Shown here piece after piece: positions 36,501 to 51,073 of a DNA stretch of 64,000 bases (position 1 is the stretch's first letter; each line of letters starts with the position of its first letter). The notes under the pieces were generated by a model. The model was given only the letters and a program-made list of their open reading frames with translations. It made no database searches and was not told the origin of the DNA. The stretch lies in assembly GCA_973895155.1 (NCBI GenBank), contig OZ316892.1:10334283-10398282 (forward strand), written 5' to 3'. The translations under genes and the position numbers were made by a program. Source of the stretch: Marsupella aquatica (lineage: Eukaryota > Plantae > Marchantiophyta).

Positions 36501-38069
36501 CTCTACGGGAGGGTTGCAACCCTTCACAGTTCTTGTGGCCCTCTCCCCTTCATGAGATACCCATAATCACCACTTAACAATACAATGATGTAGGGCATGT
36601 GTTATAAGCGTCAAAATTAGGAATGAACACTTTTGTCAATTGCACTTGTTAAAATTTAGCATTCCAGAATGCCCTCCAGAGTGTAGGAAAGAGTCCATTT
36701 TCAGATTGAAGCTCCCACATGATGTCCCATGAAGATTTTAGATTTGGACTTGATTTCCTCACTCACTAGGACAAAATCAGATAAGATGCTCTATAAATAA
36801 ATTATCATAATATAATAATTAATAATATATTCCTATTGCATGAATACTCACATTTTTGTATGTCATGGTCTATCATCCAGTCCTTTGGTGAATCTCAAAG
36901 GCTTACACTTTTTGTGTAAATACTATAAAGTAATTTTTTCACAGGTCTGAAGGGTTTTATAAAGGCACTAGCCCAATGGGTGCGTGTTGCACAATTGTTG
37001 TTGTGACCCTACAGTCATTGTGGAAAGTGTTGTTATGCTGTACAGTCATGGTGAGTAGTGGTGAGCAGAAGGGAGAGTTGAAAGATGTGTTGCACAAATT
37101 GGAAGTGGAATGATTAGTATTGTCAAAGTGAAGTTGTTTGTCGCAACCATGCTGCAGTTGCAGAAAGGATAATTGACAAAGAAGTCTATGTTATCATTCG
37201 ATTTGTATCCATGTTATCAAATGGGGAGGATAGAAATTAGAGGTGTGAAAGAAAATTTAATTTTCTCTTGACCTTACAATCCCCCATAGACTGTCACTTG
37301 ACTCATGCCCTCAATTGCTGACACTCTTTTCACTTCCAAAAGTTTTTTACTAGCAACTCTTCCTTTTACGTCAAATTGTCCCTCTACATTAAATCAAACT
37401 GGTTTTCTTGGGTTTTTAAGACATTTCTTGGAAAGAGCTTTCCAATAAACCTAATCACCAACTTTCACTAAGACTTGAAAGTCAGAGCTACAAATTTCAA
37501 ATTGAACAATGGAAGTCATGTTTTCTTGTCAGAGTTTACTCCAGTTAATAATAATCATAGCAGGAACGAGGGTTTCCCTGAGGTCCATACAGCTTACGCA
37601 GATCTATCCAAAAATTGCTGCAAATGAAGCCTTGGCTTCTTTTTCTCCAATGAGGGGTTAAATATTGAGAATTTTGCTTTGTGGGTCCCTAGCATGAGGC
37701 AAACATGACCAATAATTTCTTGTGGGTCGCAAACAGTCACAAGGTTCTTGCATGGTAGACTAGTGTGTACTGCCCCAAATGCTGCTGCAAAAAAGAAGAG
37801 GTTAGAGGACATGGGAGGGGAAATTGTCGCAAAGTAGAGCCAGTCAATGTTTGGACAAGCTTCAAATTGCCGTAGGAGAGGGCTTTGCTACTTACAAGAA
37901 CCTTGCAACCCACCAAGAAAGCTTAAGTGCCTCTCACCAAGCTAGTCTTTGTTGCGAGTTAATTTATTGTTAAATAGTGCCTAATTTGAGAGATATACCT
38001 GATGGACCCCCAAAACAAGAAGTATTATTTGCTAGACCCCGGCCCATGAGTAGGTGATCCAGACAGTTG

Positions 38070-38395
38070 AGATGATAGACCTTAAAAATGTATCCTAGTA
38101 AAACATAAAAAATAAAATGTATCCTAGTCCTCATGGGACCCATCAAATAACACTTCTAATTTCAATTTAGGGGTTGATCAAGTATATCTCTAGCCTAAAT
38201 CTTCCAACATATAGTCCTAAACAATAGGACTAAATTATATAGCAATATGGTACATGTCTCGAAGGGTTTAAAAATGGACCTTAATCCTCACGGGACCCAT
38301 CAAATACCACTTTTCAATTGAGGGGTTGATCAAGTATATCTCTCGCCTAAATCTTCCAAACCTTTGTGTCCTAAAAAATAAAAATAGGACTGAAA
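38070..38395. repeat. ~155-bp tandem duplication upstream of SmD3
   Basis: TCCTCAYGGGACCCATCAAATA...GGGGTTGATCAAGTATATCTCT..CCTAAATCTTCCAA at ~38128 and ~38285. Confidence 0.75.
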
Positions 38396-38837
38396 TTAGA
38401 TAGCAGTATGCATGGTACATGATTCGAAGGGTTTTACTTTAGGGTTTGTTTGCCACCAAAACCCCTCTTCTTGGCTTTGTATTCCGTTTCTCTCGCAGAA
38501 TACACGAAACCTCGCAAAACGAAGGGAACGCAACGGACTAGAAACGAAACGAGAAAGAATCGAACAGCAGTCTCGTCTCTCGGACATTCTTCAGCAGCTC
38601 CGAACTGTCCATTCGACCTTCGCGCGACATCGGCGATTCGACGACGCGGCGATACAATCGCGGACCCTCTCTGTTCGTTTCACCTGTCAAGAGATCGGAA
38701 CGAGATTCGGGCCTCATTTCGGTTTGTCTCGAACCGTGCTTTTGATCGACATTCGTTTTGAGAGGACGCTTGATTGTGTGAGAGAGAGGGCGAGCGACGG
38801 AGAGAGGACGAGCATAGTGTTGTAGTGGTCTGGCAGG

Positions 38838-40995
38838 ATGAGCAAGAGTTTGGGGATACCTGTGAAGCTCCTGCACGAGGCCGAGGGGCACATTGTCACT
38901 GTGGAGCTGAAGAGCGGCGAGCACTACCGGGGCTCGTTGATCGAGTGCGAGGACAACTGGAACTGCCAGCTCGATAATATTACCTACACTGCCAGGGTGA
39001 GGAGAATTCATTCGTCCAGGGATTGATGGAGATAGCTGCTAAGCTGCGATGATTGTGGTGTTTGTGACGTGCATTTTTATTTCTAGGTCTCGCTCTCTTT
39101 GCGTTTGTGTGCCTGTGGGCCTTCTCGCTTGGGAGATACTATTCATCGTGGCTGTTTGTCGGGTCGAGTGTTTCTCTTGGTTTTATAGCCGGTGCTGTTA
39201 TATGCAATCCCGTGAAGGGAAAGAACGGTAACTGAGTGGATATGGTTACTTCAGGTCGGCAGTGCTTTCACTGTATTAGGGCTAATAATTTGAGCTGAAA
39301 GACTTGACGTCGCTTTTTCCAAATCCGTTTGAATTGTTGAGGAATGAAATACCACCTATTGGATGCGGTTACTTGAGCTCTGAAGCGCAAGCATTGTGTC
39401 AGGCCATAAACATTGCGAGCGAAGCCTTCAGATTGTTTCCCCTGTTTTCACTTCTAATTACTGGATACGGGTACTTGTGCTCGGAAATGCGAGCATGACT
39501 TTAGGGCAAGCAATTTGCGAGTGAGGACTTTGTCCATAATTACAAATTCTATTTTTCTGGAAGAGTTTGGTCGTCTGGCGAGATTGCTCGTACCCACGTA
39601 CGATATGATGTACAGTTGTTTGCTGTGTGATAGAGCGAATTGCCCCTGGCATTCTGGTTCCATTGGTCGCCTGACGTTTTCTGGACTTCGTCATTGTGTA
39701 CAGGATGGGAAAGTGTCGCAGCTAGAGCATGTCTTCATTCGCGGGAGCAAAGTCAGGTATCTTCGTGTTTGCAGCTGTGCTACTTTAACTTGCTTCCGTG
39801 GAATTTGATCCTCCCTGTCAGATATATTTTCCCTAGTGCTTTCACTTAGACGCACGTTTTTGCCCTTCCCGTCATTTCATGTTGGTTGGCTTTTGTTGAC
39901 ATTTCCATGGTTCTAGGATTCATCACTGATTTTTGCTCGGGGCCTACCGTTAATGCATGATCGCTATATTTTTCCAACTTGATCGAAATTGGATACAATC
40001 TGAGCATGGTGAAGCGTAACAGACGAGCTATTGTGGTGTTCAAGAAATGCTTATGTGTTTATTTAAGCGTCATGACGTTCCACTGACAGTGGGCTCTCGT
40101 TCCAGATTTATGATTATACCGGACATGCTGAAGAATGCTCCCATGTTTAAGCGCTTGGATGCGAAAATCAAGGTATTTTGTTGTTTAACAATTAATTTTC
40201 TACCTTGGGATTCCATCACAGCCCTTTCTGAGAATCTAAGTCGGAAACTGTTAGTGATGGCAATGGACAATAGAGTACTGCAAGGTTTAGTCGTTTTGGG
40301 ACAGCAGCAGACCACTGATGAACATGATAATAAAGGGCGTGCTAGACTTTAGAGCTGTTGCATTGTCTAGACAATGCATGTACACTCTTTGACGCTTACT
40401 GGGGTATGCTTTTGGAAAGGTCTTAGAAAGTTTTAGCGTGGCAAAGGACTACAGCACTACGGACTAAGCGAAATAGACGAGGCCTTGAGTCTCCGTGCTT
40501 ATATTACACCTTTGTTTACCATGAAAATGATCCTTGCTGCGTTTATGCAGGGCAAGGGGTCAACTGGTCTTGGAGTCGGTCGTGGACGAGCTGTAGCTTT
40601 GCGGGCCAAGGTCAGTAATGTTTTTTTGTGGAATTCTTCTGTGTCAAACGTGGCAGTGATAGTGTGCATTTGTTAGGCAGTGTTGGCTATTGTGTAGGCG
40701 GAGTTTGTAAGTAAGGAACAGAGTCAAAGCACTGCTGCATTGAAGTCTGGCGTGCATTTGCACAGTTGAAGTAATTCTCAAGATGGACAGAAGCTAGTTA
40801 CTTGTTCAGTATTGTCTCATTTTCGAGGACTGACCACCTTTTCTTTTTGCTCCTTGTATGATTATATGTGAAGTTGTACTACAGACAATTTGATTGTACG
40901 TGGTTTTTGCCATCGTGCAGGCCCGCTCTGCTGCACGAGGAACTGTACCTGCTCCACCTGGTGGAAGAGGAGCACCTGCACCTGTCAGAAGATGA
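38838..40995 (+). CDS. SmD3: Small nuclear ribonucleoprotein Sm D3 (137 aa); exons 38838-38996, 39704-39756, 40106-40172, 40551-40610, 40921-40995
   Basis: [32 protein letters not shown]...[42 protein letters not shown] and an RG-rich tail. All introns are GT-AG and the exons sum to 414 nt in frame. Confidence 0.96.
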
Positions 40996-43458
40996 ATTCA
41001 GACATCTTCTTGCGAGGTCCATTTGAAGGTTCTTGCCAGATTGTGCACATCTTGCGTAATGGATACTGGCCGCTACAGTAAAGTGATTCGTGGTTGCCAG
41101 GTCATAGGTTGTAAAGTTTTTCAATTGCACTGAGTCTTGATTGAAGCTTAGGTAACAGTGCGCCGTAGAGTAGAAAGCTAACTTGCTGATCAGCACCCAA
41201 TGCTTGCCAGTCTTGAATTTGATGGCAGATGTAACAATGCACGTAGAGTGATGTGAGACTTTGCTGACCAGGCCCCTATCATTTCCCATCAGGTTCAGCT
41301 CAAAAACATAGAAATAGACTTTTTGGTCTGGGGGAGGGGTTCTTGATCCACACTAGGCACGCACTCCCTGTAGCTCGGAAGTAGGTTTTCTTTCTAGAGT
41401 ACGTATGACTGGTTTGATCCGGTATACATGAGATATTTTACCTTACGTTGTGGTTATACAGGGGAAGCACCGAGTCTCTTCAGTTTTCCACCTTGTCTTG
41501 GACTCAGTGTTGCCTGTAAATGACCTATGCGTTTATCATCCCTTTTGGTTGGTTGAAGTATTGAACCCCTGGATTGTGAACTTTGGGGGGACTGTCAAGG
41601 GGGAAGACTTTGTTTTGTGTCAGTGTGAGAGAGCAAGCATAGGCGTCAGGTGAGCTATTGAGTGTCCAACTGCATATGACGGTGTGGTCTGCAGGCAAGA
41701 GCAATGTAAGCTTGCTGGGGGATTCTCAGTTCACTTCAATTTAGGACGGTGATTTTACCTGCTAGACACAATCGGCATTGGAATCTTGAAGTTATCGAGG
41801 GAAGTCTGTGTATGTCGCAGCTGTTGCTGGATAGCTTCGATCTAAGTCCACTGGCTCTATACTCGCGGATGAGATAGACGTGATACTGATACAGCCTGAT
41901 CACCAGCCTGATCACCCTTGAGGCAATATTCATTGTCAGTGTATTATAACGAGATGCGAATAGCAAGCCAAACACGTTATGATAATGTGAAATTCTTGTT
42001 ATCGATGAGATTTATCAAAACTTGTCGATGTTCGTCTCTATGCAATCATGCTGCTCGTGCGCTTGTCTGACAGCTCTACTCAAGTGCACTTGACAACAAG
42101 TGACAACTAGAATTGAAAGTCGTCTACTGTGTCGCACTGTGATGCATTTCAAAACGTGTATTATCGTTGGAATCTAAATTTTCCCGATTCAGATCCATTT
42201 GGATTGAGTGCGATTGCTCTGAGAGAGTGCATCTATATACTATTTCTATAATGTTTCAAGAATTGGCGACCTTCTGTAAACCTCCACCGCAACTATATAA
42301 GTGACTTGTCCAAGTACTTTTCATTTCTAGAGCTCCTTGTATTCAGGACAAATCATTCCTGTGAAGGCCCATCCAGTTCTCTCCATGCTTGAGCTTGTAG
42401 CCTTGAGCTCCGTTGACAATCAATCTTGTGAAGGGATTCTATTCCCTCCGTGCTAGAAGCTTGTATTGAGGACGACTATGAGGCCCTTTGTATTCAGAAC
42501 CATCATTCCTATGAAATGAGCTTGTAGCCATGATATCCATGAGGATCTTGCATTCCACACACCCAATCCTAAGATGAGCTTGCAATCATCACATCCAAGA
42601 GGTGCCTGTGTTGAAGACAAAATCAATTCTATAAATCATCATCGTTTAGCCAAGAGATCCTTGTATCCAGGACAATCAACCCCGTGAAATGAGGACATGA
42701 AGTTCGACTTAACCTCGACCCATCTGGGCCTTCATCCATGTGATCCGTGAAAGTCCAAACACCTACGCAGGACTGTAGTACTCCCCAAGCTTTGATGGTT
42801 TTGAGGCATCACGTTCTCGATTACAAACCTTCCCCAAATACCTACACAGTACCCACAGAAACAGTACTCCCCAAGCTTTGATTGCTAGAGGCATCACGTT
42901 CGCCTATGTCGATAGCGGTGGATTACCAACCTCATCGAGTACCCACAGTAATATAACAATGGTCGAATCTTTCTGATTCAAAGAGTCCAAAGATTGGCTA
43001 CCAAATCCTCAGCCATTGAAAATACTCTCAGTTATTAAGTCTCAAGCAGATCAGTGAAGGCTTTTGTTTGACTCTAAAGTGAGACCGCGCATCGAAGTGT
43101 GAGAAGTAAACACTTCGTGTCTTCGAACAGACTCGGGCCCTAGCGTAATTAATTCGGACCATCGCTCGGAGGACATTTGTGGAACGTCGAAACAACATTT
43201 AGTCTAACCTGGCTGTGATCTAACAGTGACAGCAAGCGATAATTATAATTAAGGGCAGGTTGAAGCAGCATGTTGATCGAAATGTGAAACGAAGCAAAGC
43301 AATCGGCCTAGATACTTTTCCATCCATGTGGGTTTAGGGTTTAATGGTCCAGCGATCGAACGCAAGCTATTCGAAGGGCAAATGCGCCATGTTGATAGAA
43401 TTGCGATCGAAGAAGCAATTCTAAGGAATCTCGATCCAGGTGATATCCCGACGTTTGT

Positions 43459-43491
43459 CCTCTCTCCCTCTCTCTCTCTCTCTCCCTCTCT
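43459..43491. repeat. CT-rich microsatellite in the 5' region of the Tim44-like gene
   Basis: (CT)n run with two interruptions. Confidence 0.8.
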
Positions 43492-43569
43492 CGCTCGTGC
43501 TCGGTCTCAGCATACACAGATCCGTGCGCGCCCAGGGTTCGGGGTTTACAAGGATCAGATTCAAGCAAA

Positions 43570-46500
43570 ATGCGTGTCCATCTTTTGTCGTTGATTCAAC
43601 GAGCCGCTGCAGCAGCTGGGATTTCTTCATCCTCAACAGCAACAAGCCCGGTTTCTGAATTCTCCAGAGTATCCGGACTTTCTGGAATTTTGGGAGTTTC
43701 TGGAGATTTGGGAGTCGGGAGAGCTATTGGGGTCGATTTTCCTGCCGGACAGATTTTGGGGAGAAGTGCTGCATTTGCAGACAGCGCCTTCTACAAGGGG
43801 AATGGAAGCATAATCACGAAGCCTAGCAATCCCTCTAGTAAATTCTTCAATGTGAGTTTCTCCAGAGATTCAGCCTCTCTCATCCTCGCCAGAGTTTTGT
43901 GTGACAATTTCAATTTCAGTCTGTTCCTTTTGGAACTCCCAACGGTGAGGATGTGGCTCATGCTTCGTGTGCTGCAGGCAGGGGCCATTGCGTTCGAAAG
44001 AGATGGGAGTAAATATGCAAATTCTAAGCCCTGGCAATACGATCGGTGCCAAAGGCAGGTGGGACTGGCTTCACGTCAAGGTTTTGCATCAACAATTGGT
44101 GGTACTTTTTGAAGATGTTTGTTCTGAGAACTAGAGGAATGAATTGAACAGTTATGGTGCTGTCCTTTTGAGTAACACTTTTCGGTTTTGGAGGAGAAGC
44201 ACTTCTGCTAACATATTCTTGCCCTTCACTCGGCTTTCTGCTGTGCAGTCTTGGATTTTGTCGTCCATGACACCAGGATTATTTGGCATCCTCAATGTCA
44301 GCCCTAGGAGAGATGATAAAGATTCTAAAAACTTCATGATCGTCCCAAAGGCATGTCACTCCGCATTTATCCTGTTACGTTCCGTCCGGAATTGTTTAAA
44401 TCTTTCTCAGACTGGAGCTGGAAAAATTTCTCCTCAACGCAGTAGGCCACAAAAGAGACCAGGATAATGGACCTGCGTAGCAGCTATTTTCAATTCTTGT
44501 AATCGTGATGATGGTAGCGTTTAGCATCCTTAACGGACAAAATATGGAGTAGCTGCATAACCAGTGATTGAAAGTTAGTGATAGGATTGAAAGAGAGTTT
44601 TGTCAGCTTGGTCCATTGCAAAGAATTGTTTGGGTACGTCGGATTAAGCACAATGTGAAGCACAATGAGTGAAGGATCCGCGTTTTCTTCAAGTAATGGG
44701 GCATGCGGGTGCTTTCAAACCTTGTCTTCGGCAGGAAATTACTCGAGGGTTTGCGAAGACCGTTGCAGTCCCCCCTAATATGCAAAAACCGGTGAGTTGG
44801 TCAACGAAGGATTGTATTTGCGGTTTCGGCAAAGATATGTAATTATTTACGTTTCGGATGTTGTGGTTGGTCGTTTTGTTCAGAGTCTTGGTAGAGTCGT
44901 TTCCTATTTTGTTCGTTATTTTTCTTCTAGCAGGAGCTGATCAGGTTTACTCTCTGGCATTCATGATTGTACCAAAGACTCTTCAGTTTTTGCTCGCAAT
45001 TCTTTCCATATGGCAACAACACTCTGGAGCTAGGGTTTCGTATATTGTTCTAGGAATCCAACACTGCCATCGTTGAGGATCAGCAAGCTTACCTTGACTG
45101 AAAATAGCATAGATGCAGTTTAGTCTTCTGAGTGGACATGCTTTCTAGCATGCTATCCAAGTTGCCTGGGTTTGATTTTGTGAGCAGATGAAATTGAGGC
45201 TGTACATGGGGAGCCCAGGAGTCATTGGCGAGCCATACAGGAAACCGCCACCGCCCCTTTCAATACTCAGACGGTTTGTTAACCTTACATGTAGATTATC
45301 AAGGATGCTTAGCAATTTTCTGGAGGTTTTCGACGGGTGGGATGATGTTGTTTCTGCTTTGTGAATGGTCATCTCAATATATTGGATGCTTGTGCAGTAT
45401 GTGAGTTCTTCACTCTTTTCAGGATACTAATGTCGTTTTGTATAGCTTTTGTGAAAGTCATCGATCTGCTGGTCCTTTTCAGCTTATATCTAACTGGCCC
45501 CGTTTTTTTGTGAGTAAAACAGATGGTTTACAAAGGAGGGATGGAGGCGACGCAAACAATCCTTCATGGGAATGGTGAGTCCCTACCCGTCATGACGCTA
45601 TCTAGTAGTGATTGTTACCTCTTTAGTTGCTTTCAATGGTTGTGTTTGAAGAGTCTCTTTGGTAGAAATATTGAGCTTAAAGCCCTATTTGTGCAGATCA
45701 AGACGTCATATACCATAGCAAAGCTTCGGCAGAAGACAAAGGGTTACAGCCAACAAAGGTTCTACCAGGAGGCCTCTGATCTTTACAAACAGGTCATTTG
45801 CAAGCCTGCGTGTGACATGAATCTATTTTGTCTGACGAATTTCTGTAGTCACGCAGTTACCACAGCACGCAAGACCCACTGCCGATGGTGTGATTGTTCT
45901 TTTAGAGATTATTTATATTATGTTCTGCATTCAAATTGGCCATTAAATATTGCTATTTTCCTTTTCTGTATAGATAAACGTTGCATTAGCAGAAGGGGAG
46001 CGGACTACACTACGCCAGCTGGCCACTGACAATGTTTTTTCGGTGCGTCGTAAAGAACCTCCTATGTGTGAAACGCACGTTTAAATACTGTTTTCCCAGT
46101 ATCGTTTGCCCCGGGACTGATCTTCTTCTGTACTACATCTTGAAGGTGGTTTTTCTGATGGTGAGGAAGGATTTGGTCTGTTTCCTTCTTAAAAACTCAG
46201 AAACTCAGGACCTTGAATGGAATTTTTCTACAGGTAATGAAGAATGAACTGAAGCATAGGGAAAATAGTTGGCCCAAGGTGAAGTGGGAGATGGTTGGTC
46301 CCATCAACAGCATACGCACGCTGCAAGGGCGCTTGGTTTGTTTTCATACCTACCTACTGAGTGAAAACCAGTTCCTTACATGTTCTTGTCACGCTGACGA
46401 GAGGAAAATTAATTCTGCAGGTACCTAAATATTATTTCTGTCCAAAATGTTTTCAGATCTTAGAGCAATCTGACAGCATTTGCAGAGTTCATACTGGTGA

Positions 46501-47282
46501 CGCATATCGTTCTATTTCCAGATTGGAGTTGACAAAAACAATCACGACAATGCATTTGTGCAGCTGACCCTCAGAATACTAAGCAAACAGGTGTGCTTAA
46601 TCATTCCTGTCCTTTTCCGCTTATGGTAAACCCATCTTTATGAATTAATTACAAGTACATGATCTTCAATTATGGGACCAGGGAGTTTTCAACGTCGTCA
46701 GTAAATGTGTGAAAACACAATCTTACGTCTTGCATTTTGTTTGACAGAAAAATAATAATTTTGTTTGACGAAGAGATTGTTTTCTCCCTCGTCCTCCTGA
46801 TGCATCTGGCGTGTAATATTTATGTAGAGGTGAAGATGGGAAAACATCACGATTCTCGCTGTTATGGAATGTCTGACTTCCAGTAGGTAAAAGAGTAGGC
46901 GCCAAAGAAAATATGGCTTATCTCACTAATTGATACGGGTGATTGGCTTGCAGAAATTTGCAGCATATGATAAAAATGGTAAACTTGTTGCGGGAGACCC
47001 AGATAGAGAGGTACGTGTCGTCCCTCTTTTGTCGAAGAAACACAAGCTGATTGTGAAATCTCTTAGATGCATTTATGGGTTGGAATTGTTTAGACGTTAA
47101 ACTCTTTCGCTGAGTGGAATGTAACATACTGTGCTGGAGAATGTAATCTGTGTTTAGCTTGGCCGAACTGAATTGGTGTGCGTCTTGGTCCTCAGCTATT
47201 GGTGGAGGATTTTTGGGTGTTTGAGAAACCTCTGCTGCTAACTGAAGCGAAGTGGCGATTGTGTGGGCGTCTTACTGTCTGA
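43570..47282 (+). CDS. Mitochondrial Tim44-domain / mL45 (Mba1)-like protein, multi-exon
   Basis: Spliced exons give ..MGSPGVIGEPY.., WFTKEGWRRRK, IKTSYTIAKLR, INVALAEG..TLRQL, MKNELKHRE..W.KVKWEMV, AFVQLTLRILSKQKFAAYDKNGKLVAGD and LLVEDFWVFEK...KWRLCGRL. The N-terminus is transit-peptide-like. Exon structure between 44350 and 45188 is uncertain. Confidence 0.85.
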
Positions 47283-48689
47283 CCAAGTGAGGGATAAGGG
47301 GATCTCTCCTTCATCAACCTTCCCGCAAACTTTTAGCTCGTGTGGATTTTAAATGGTCATCGCTGGTATTTGTGAACTCCATTTAAAGTGGACCGTAAAG
47401 ATGGATCTAGAACATTGGGGTTCTCGAGCTTCTCAATGGTATCTTAGATATGGTCCGCAACTCTTTGACAGTTGGTTGTTGGTTTCAACCTTGAATCCTG
47501 CACATAAGTCATCCAATTAGATCACCGTCTGGCTGATAGGTACCTTTATCACCTTATGCCCATCAAGGATCGCAATAGAATGAGATCACTGGTAGTTTGT
47601 TATTAATTTTGAAAACGTGAAAGTAGTGAATTATAATGATTGTCAGACACGCTTCGTGGGCATGTTTCCCAATGTTCTTGGTTGTGGTGTATTGAAACCG
47701 TATTTGTCAAATGACGGATATTTCTCAGTTTCTCATTAGCTTTCACGTTGTGATGTGCATGACTGTTTATCTTTTTTCTTGAAAGGAAGCTTCGTATAAA
47801 TCGAAGCACCAACGCACAAAGATGTGTGAAAAATTTGGTCCGGAGGGGTGAGATAGTCTTGCTATGTTCGGTTTGCAATGTCAGTGACAATTCTAGTGAA
47901 GGACTTGAAGGACGATCTCCAACTTTCGAGTGACCACTCAAATTTTACCACAACGTTTGGTTACTTCGAACCGACATCTTTATACCAGAAAACCAAAGTG
48001 AAATCGTGGTTATTGGCTTCAATCTGAAAAAAGTTATTTGCTCTCAGAAGTTCTGTGCTGAGCTGCCACTCGTGATCGGGAACTTAAGAATGGCGAATGT
48101 TTTCGGGACTTAAGCAGCATGTTGAACAGACAACATAAGCTTAACTGTGAGAACTTGAGTAACTTTGAACCTTTTGATTGAACTTTTGACTGTCCGCTGT
48201 GAAGTGAATGTTTCGCACAATCTCGTGTCCTGCTGATTGCCTTCAGATATAGCAGGACGATGGACAGCCAATGCGAGAGTACGACCTAAGAAACTTTTGA
48301 CGTGAACGCTCTAGAATTAGGAGTGTGCCTCGTATTGACTTCACGTTACAAAGGTCTTTCATGACCCCTCTCCTCGTAAACTAAATTTGGAAAGTGAAGC
48401 CCGGGATGGACCTCCATGTTGGACGCTGTCCTCTAGTAGACCACATTTTGGTGATCCATGGGAATTTTGTATTTTGTGTTGATATCTTGATGATTGTGGG
48501 TTGATTCTTTGCAGGGATTCTCAGGCTTCGTGAGGTTTTCTCCTTGTTGCCTGTTATTGGGTCTCTTGCCTAAGGGATTGTGTCTCCTGGTTGGGTGGCT
48601 TTGTTTCTTGGCAATGGTGATGTACATATATACTTACAGAGATTTTGGGGAGCACCATATCTTATTATAGTGGTTGATGTTTTGTCCCT

Positions 48690-49015
48690 AAAGTCTCTCC
48701 AAGGGTCTGCTTGTTAGACGTCACTCTTCTGTATGAGCCTGTGTAAAAGGTGTTATGGGAGTCAATGAACCAAATGTTTTGAATTGGTCGGTGATCTAGA
48801 GTTTCATTATTCCATCTACTTGTTACATGTCACTCTTCTGTCTGAGGTGTAAGAGGTTTTAAGGGAGTCAAACCGGGAGTCAAACTCATTTTCTGAATCA
48901 GTCAGTGAGGGTTTCGTCACTCCATGTGCTTGCTACATTTCGCTCTTCTGGCGGAGGTGTAAAAGGTGCAATGTGCAATGGGAGTCAAACTCAATGGTTC
49001 TGAATGTTCTGAATG
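48690..49015. repeat. ~110-bp degenerate tandem repeat, about 3 copies
   Basis: TCRCTCTTCTG...GTGTAARAGGT...GGGAGTCAA recurs at ~48721, 48830 and 48940. Confidence 0.75.
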
Positions 49016-50097
49016 GGTGTTCATTTAATAAAATCAAGCACCCGGGCAAACAAACTGAGTGACTTCTTGGTCACGAACACTTACAGAATCAGGAGCTCTT
49101 CATGTAATTAACGTAGTACCTAGTTTAAATTGTTCTGGAGACAGGCTAGGGCCTGAACAGTTAAGAAGAAATCTATCAAGCATAGGGAGGCAGTGACACG
49201 AAGGCAAAAGATCCAATGAAATCTGACATCATTCCACTTTCATAATTCGAAAGCCGATCTGCCGTCATATATAGATAGACAGATAGATCAATTGATTTGC
49301 ATGCATCCACTTGTTTCATTTGAAGCGTCCTGATAATTTGCTAGAGTTCGATGTAAATGCTACGCAAAGCTAGCTCCATTTCATGGTTTCAGCAACGTAC
49401 ATCCCAGCAAGCACTCGGGGAAACAAATTGATGTCTAGCTTCGTCACGTACACTTGAGAAATCAGCAAGAGCTATCCATCGTCCATCGGTTACACTGAAA
49501 TAGACTAGAAGAGCACGATAGTGGAGGTTGTTAGTTACTATATTAGCTAGAATGAGACCGTGATAATTATCTGATGTGCCTTACGTGCTGCCAATACGTA
49601 CTTTTTCTTTCCTTCTCAAATATGTGTAAATTTGAACCTCTAGTGATTTCTCTACGTACCGCCGACGACGCTGCAGACATACTGAAACTGCTCGAAATTG
49701 AAGTCGTATGCAGAATGATTCTCAATAGCTCACCTGACGCCTAAACTTGCTCAGTCTCTCACGATTGAACAGATTATCTCTCCAACAGTCAAGCGGCCGG
49801 CCTTCGCAGTAGTTGCAAAAGACTTGGGCAATTCAGGAACCCGGCGGTCTTTGTGCAATTCAGGAACCGGGCGGTCTTTGTGCGCTGAATTTGCTGGCAT
49901 CCGCTTGCGCTGGTTATCGGCCATGATATTCTGAACTAGATCGACAAGAAGAGCACGGCAAGAATGACATTGAATGACAATGTCAGTACGTGAGCGCGTT
50001 AGTCATTGCATCAGATCATTTAAATACTAAAACTCGATGACAAACGGAATGGCTGAAGGTTGTTAGTTACAGGTATTCGAGAATGAGATTGTAGATC

Positions 50098-51073
50098 TAT
50101 ACCTGATATGCGTGACATGCTGCCACTACCCAGAGCCTGCGCTTCGGATATGGTCATTTCCTTCCACAACGCCCCACTGGTGGCTTCCTCGTACTTTTTC
50201 GTCGTACGAACCTCCAGCAATTTCTCAACGTCACCGGGGTTGCCATTGCCAGTCGATACAGGATCGAAAGAATACGAGTAAGGCACGACGCGGTTACTCA
50301 AATACTTGTAAACTTTGGATTCGAGCAATTTGAGCGTGTCCGCAGTGTCGTCGGCGGTGCCAGTGGATTCATGGCAGCCTTCCATCTGCCCCAAGATTCA
50401 GACCTAGGAAACTTAGCGAAACTTAGAAAGACGCAGGTACGTACTGCGAGCTTCTCTAGCGTTCGAGTCCTAGGTAGATTTGCTTAAGCTTCGGAAAAGC
50501 TGGATACATGTCGAGCCCGAATAGATCTGTGGTCGACGGGCCCGAGCTAACCATGTACTGCTTCTCTCGCGCTCGGTAGATCGATCTGGTTAAGCTTGGG
50601 AAAAGCCTGGAGCTATTCTTTCTTATTTCAGCGGCATAGCTGTAGACGTCGTTTTTAAGGTGACTGTTATGAGAGATACTGGTTTTAAGTTACGGTTGAA
50701 ATTGTTCGTGGATTAAGTGACTGTTTCATAGACGGTACTCATTCAAATATTTTCTTTCTAAGTTTCTCTAAATTTACTCGGTCTGAATCTTGGGGCACAT
50801 GGAAGGCTGCCATGAATGCACTGGCACCGCGGACGATGCTGGGACACGCTCAAAGTGCTCGAATCCAAAGTTTACAAGTATTTGAGTAACCGCGTCTTGC
50901 CTTGGTCCTATTCTTTCGATCCTTTATCGACTGGCAATGGCAACCCCGGTGACGTTGAGAAATTGCTGGAGGTTAGTACGAGGAAAGCCGCCAGGGGGGC
51001 TTTGTGGAAGGAAATGACCATATCCGAAGCGCATGCTCTGGGTGTTGGCAGCACGTCAGGCACATCAGGTATA
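50098..51073. repeat. Inverted duplication (arms ~50098-50431 and ~50753-51073) of an exon-like sequence
   Basis: Minus ORF 50020-50394 and plus ORF 50816-51088 both encode DTLK(L/V)LESKVYKYLSNRV...STGNGNPGDVEKLLEV. A flanking direct repeat lies at ~50586-50745 and ~51081-51212. Confidence 0.88.

Noticed and set aside
34000-38000. Short ORFs in AT-rich intergenic DNA
   Set aside because: No motifs, coding-like composition or consistent exon chain could be recognised; probably old TE debris.
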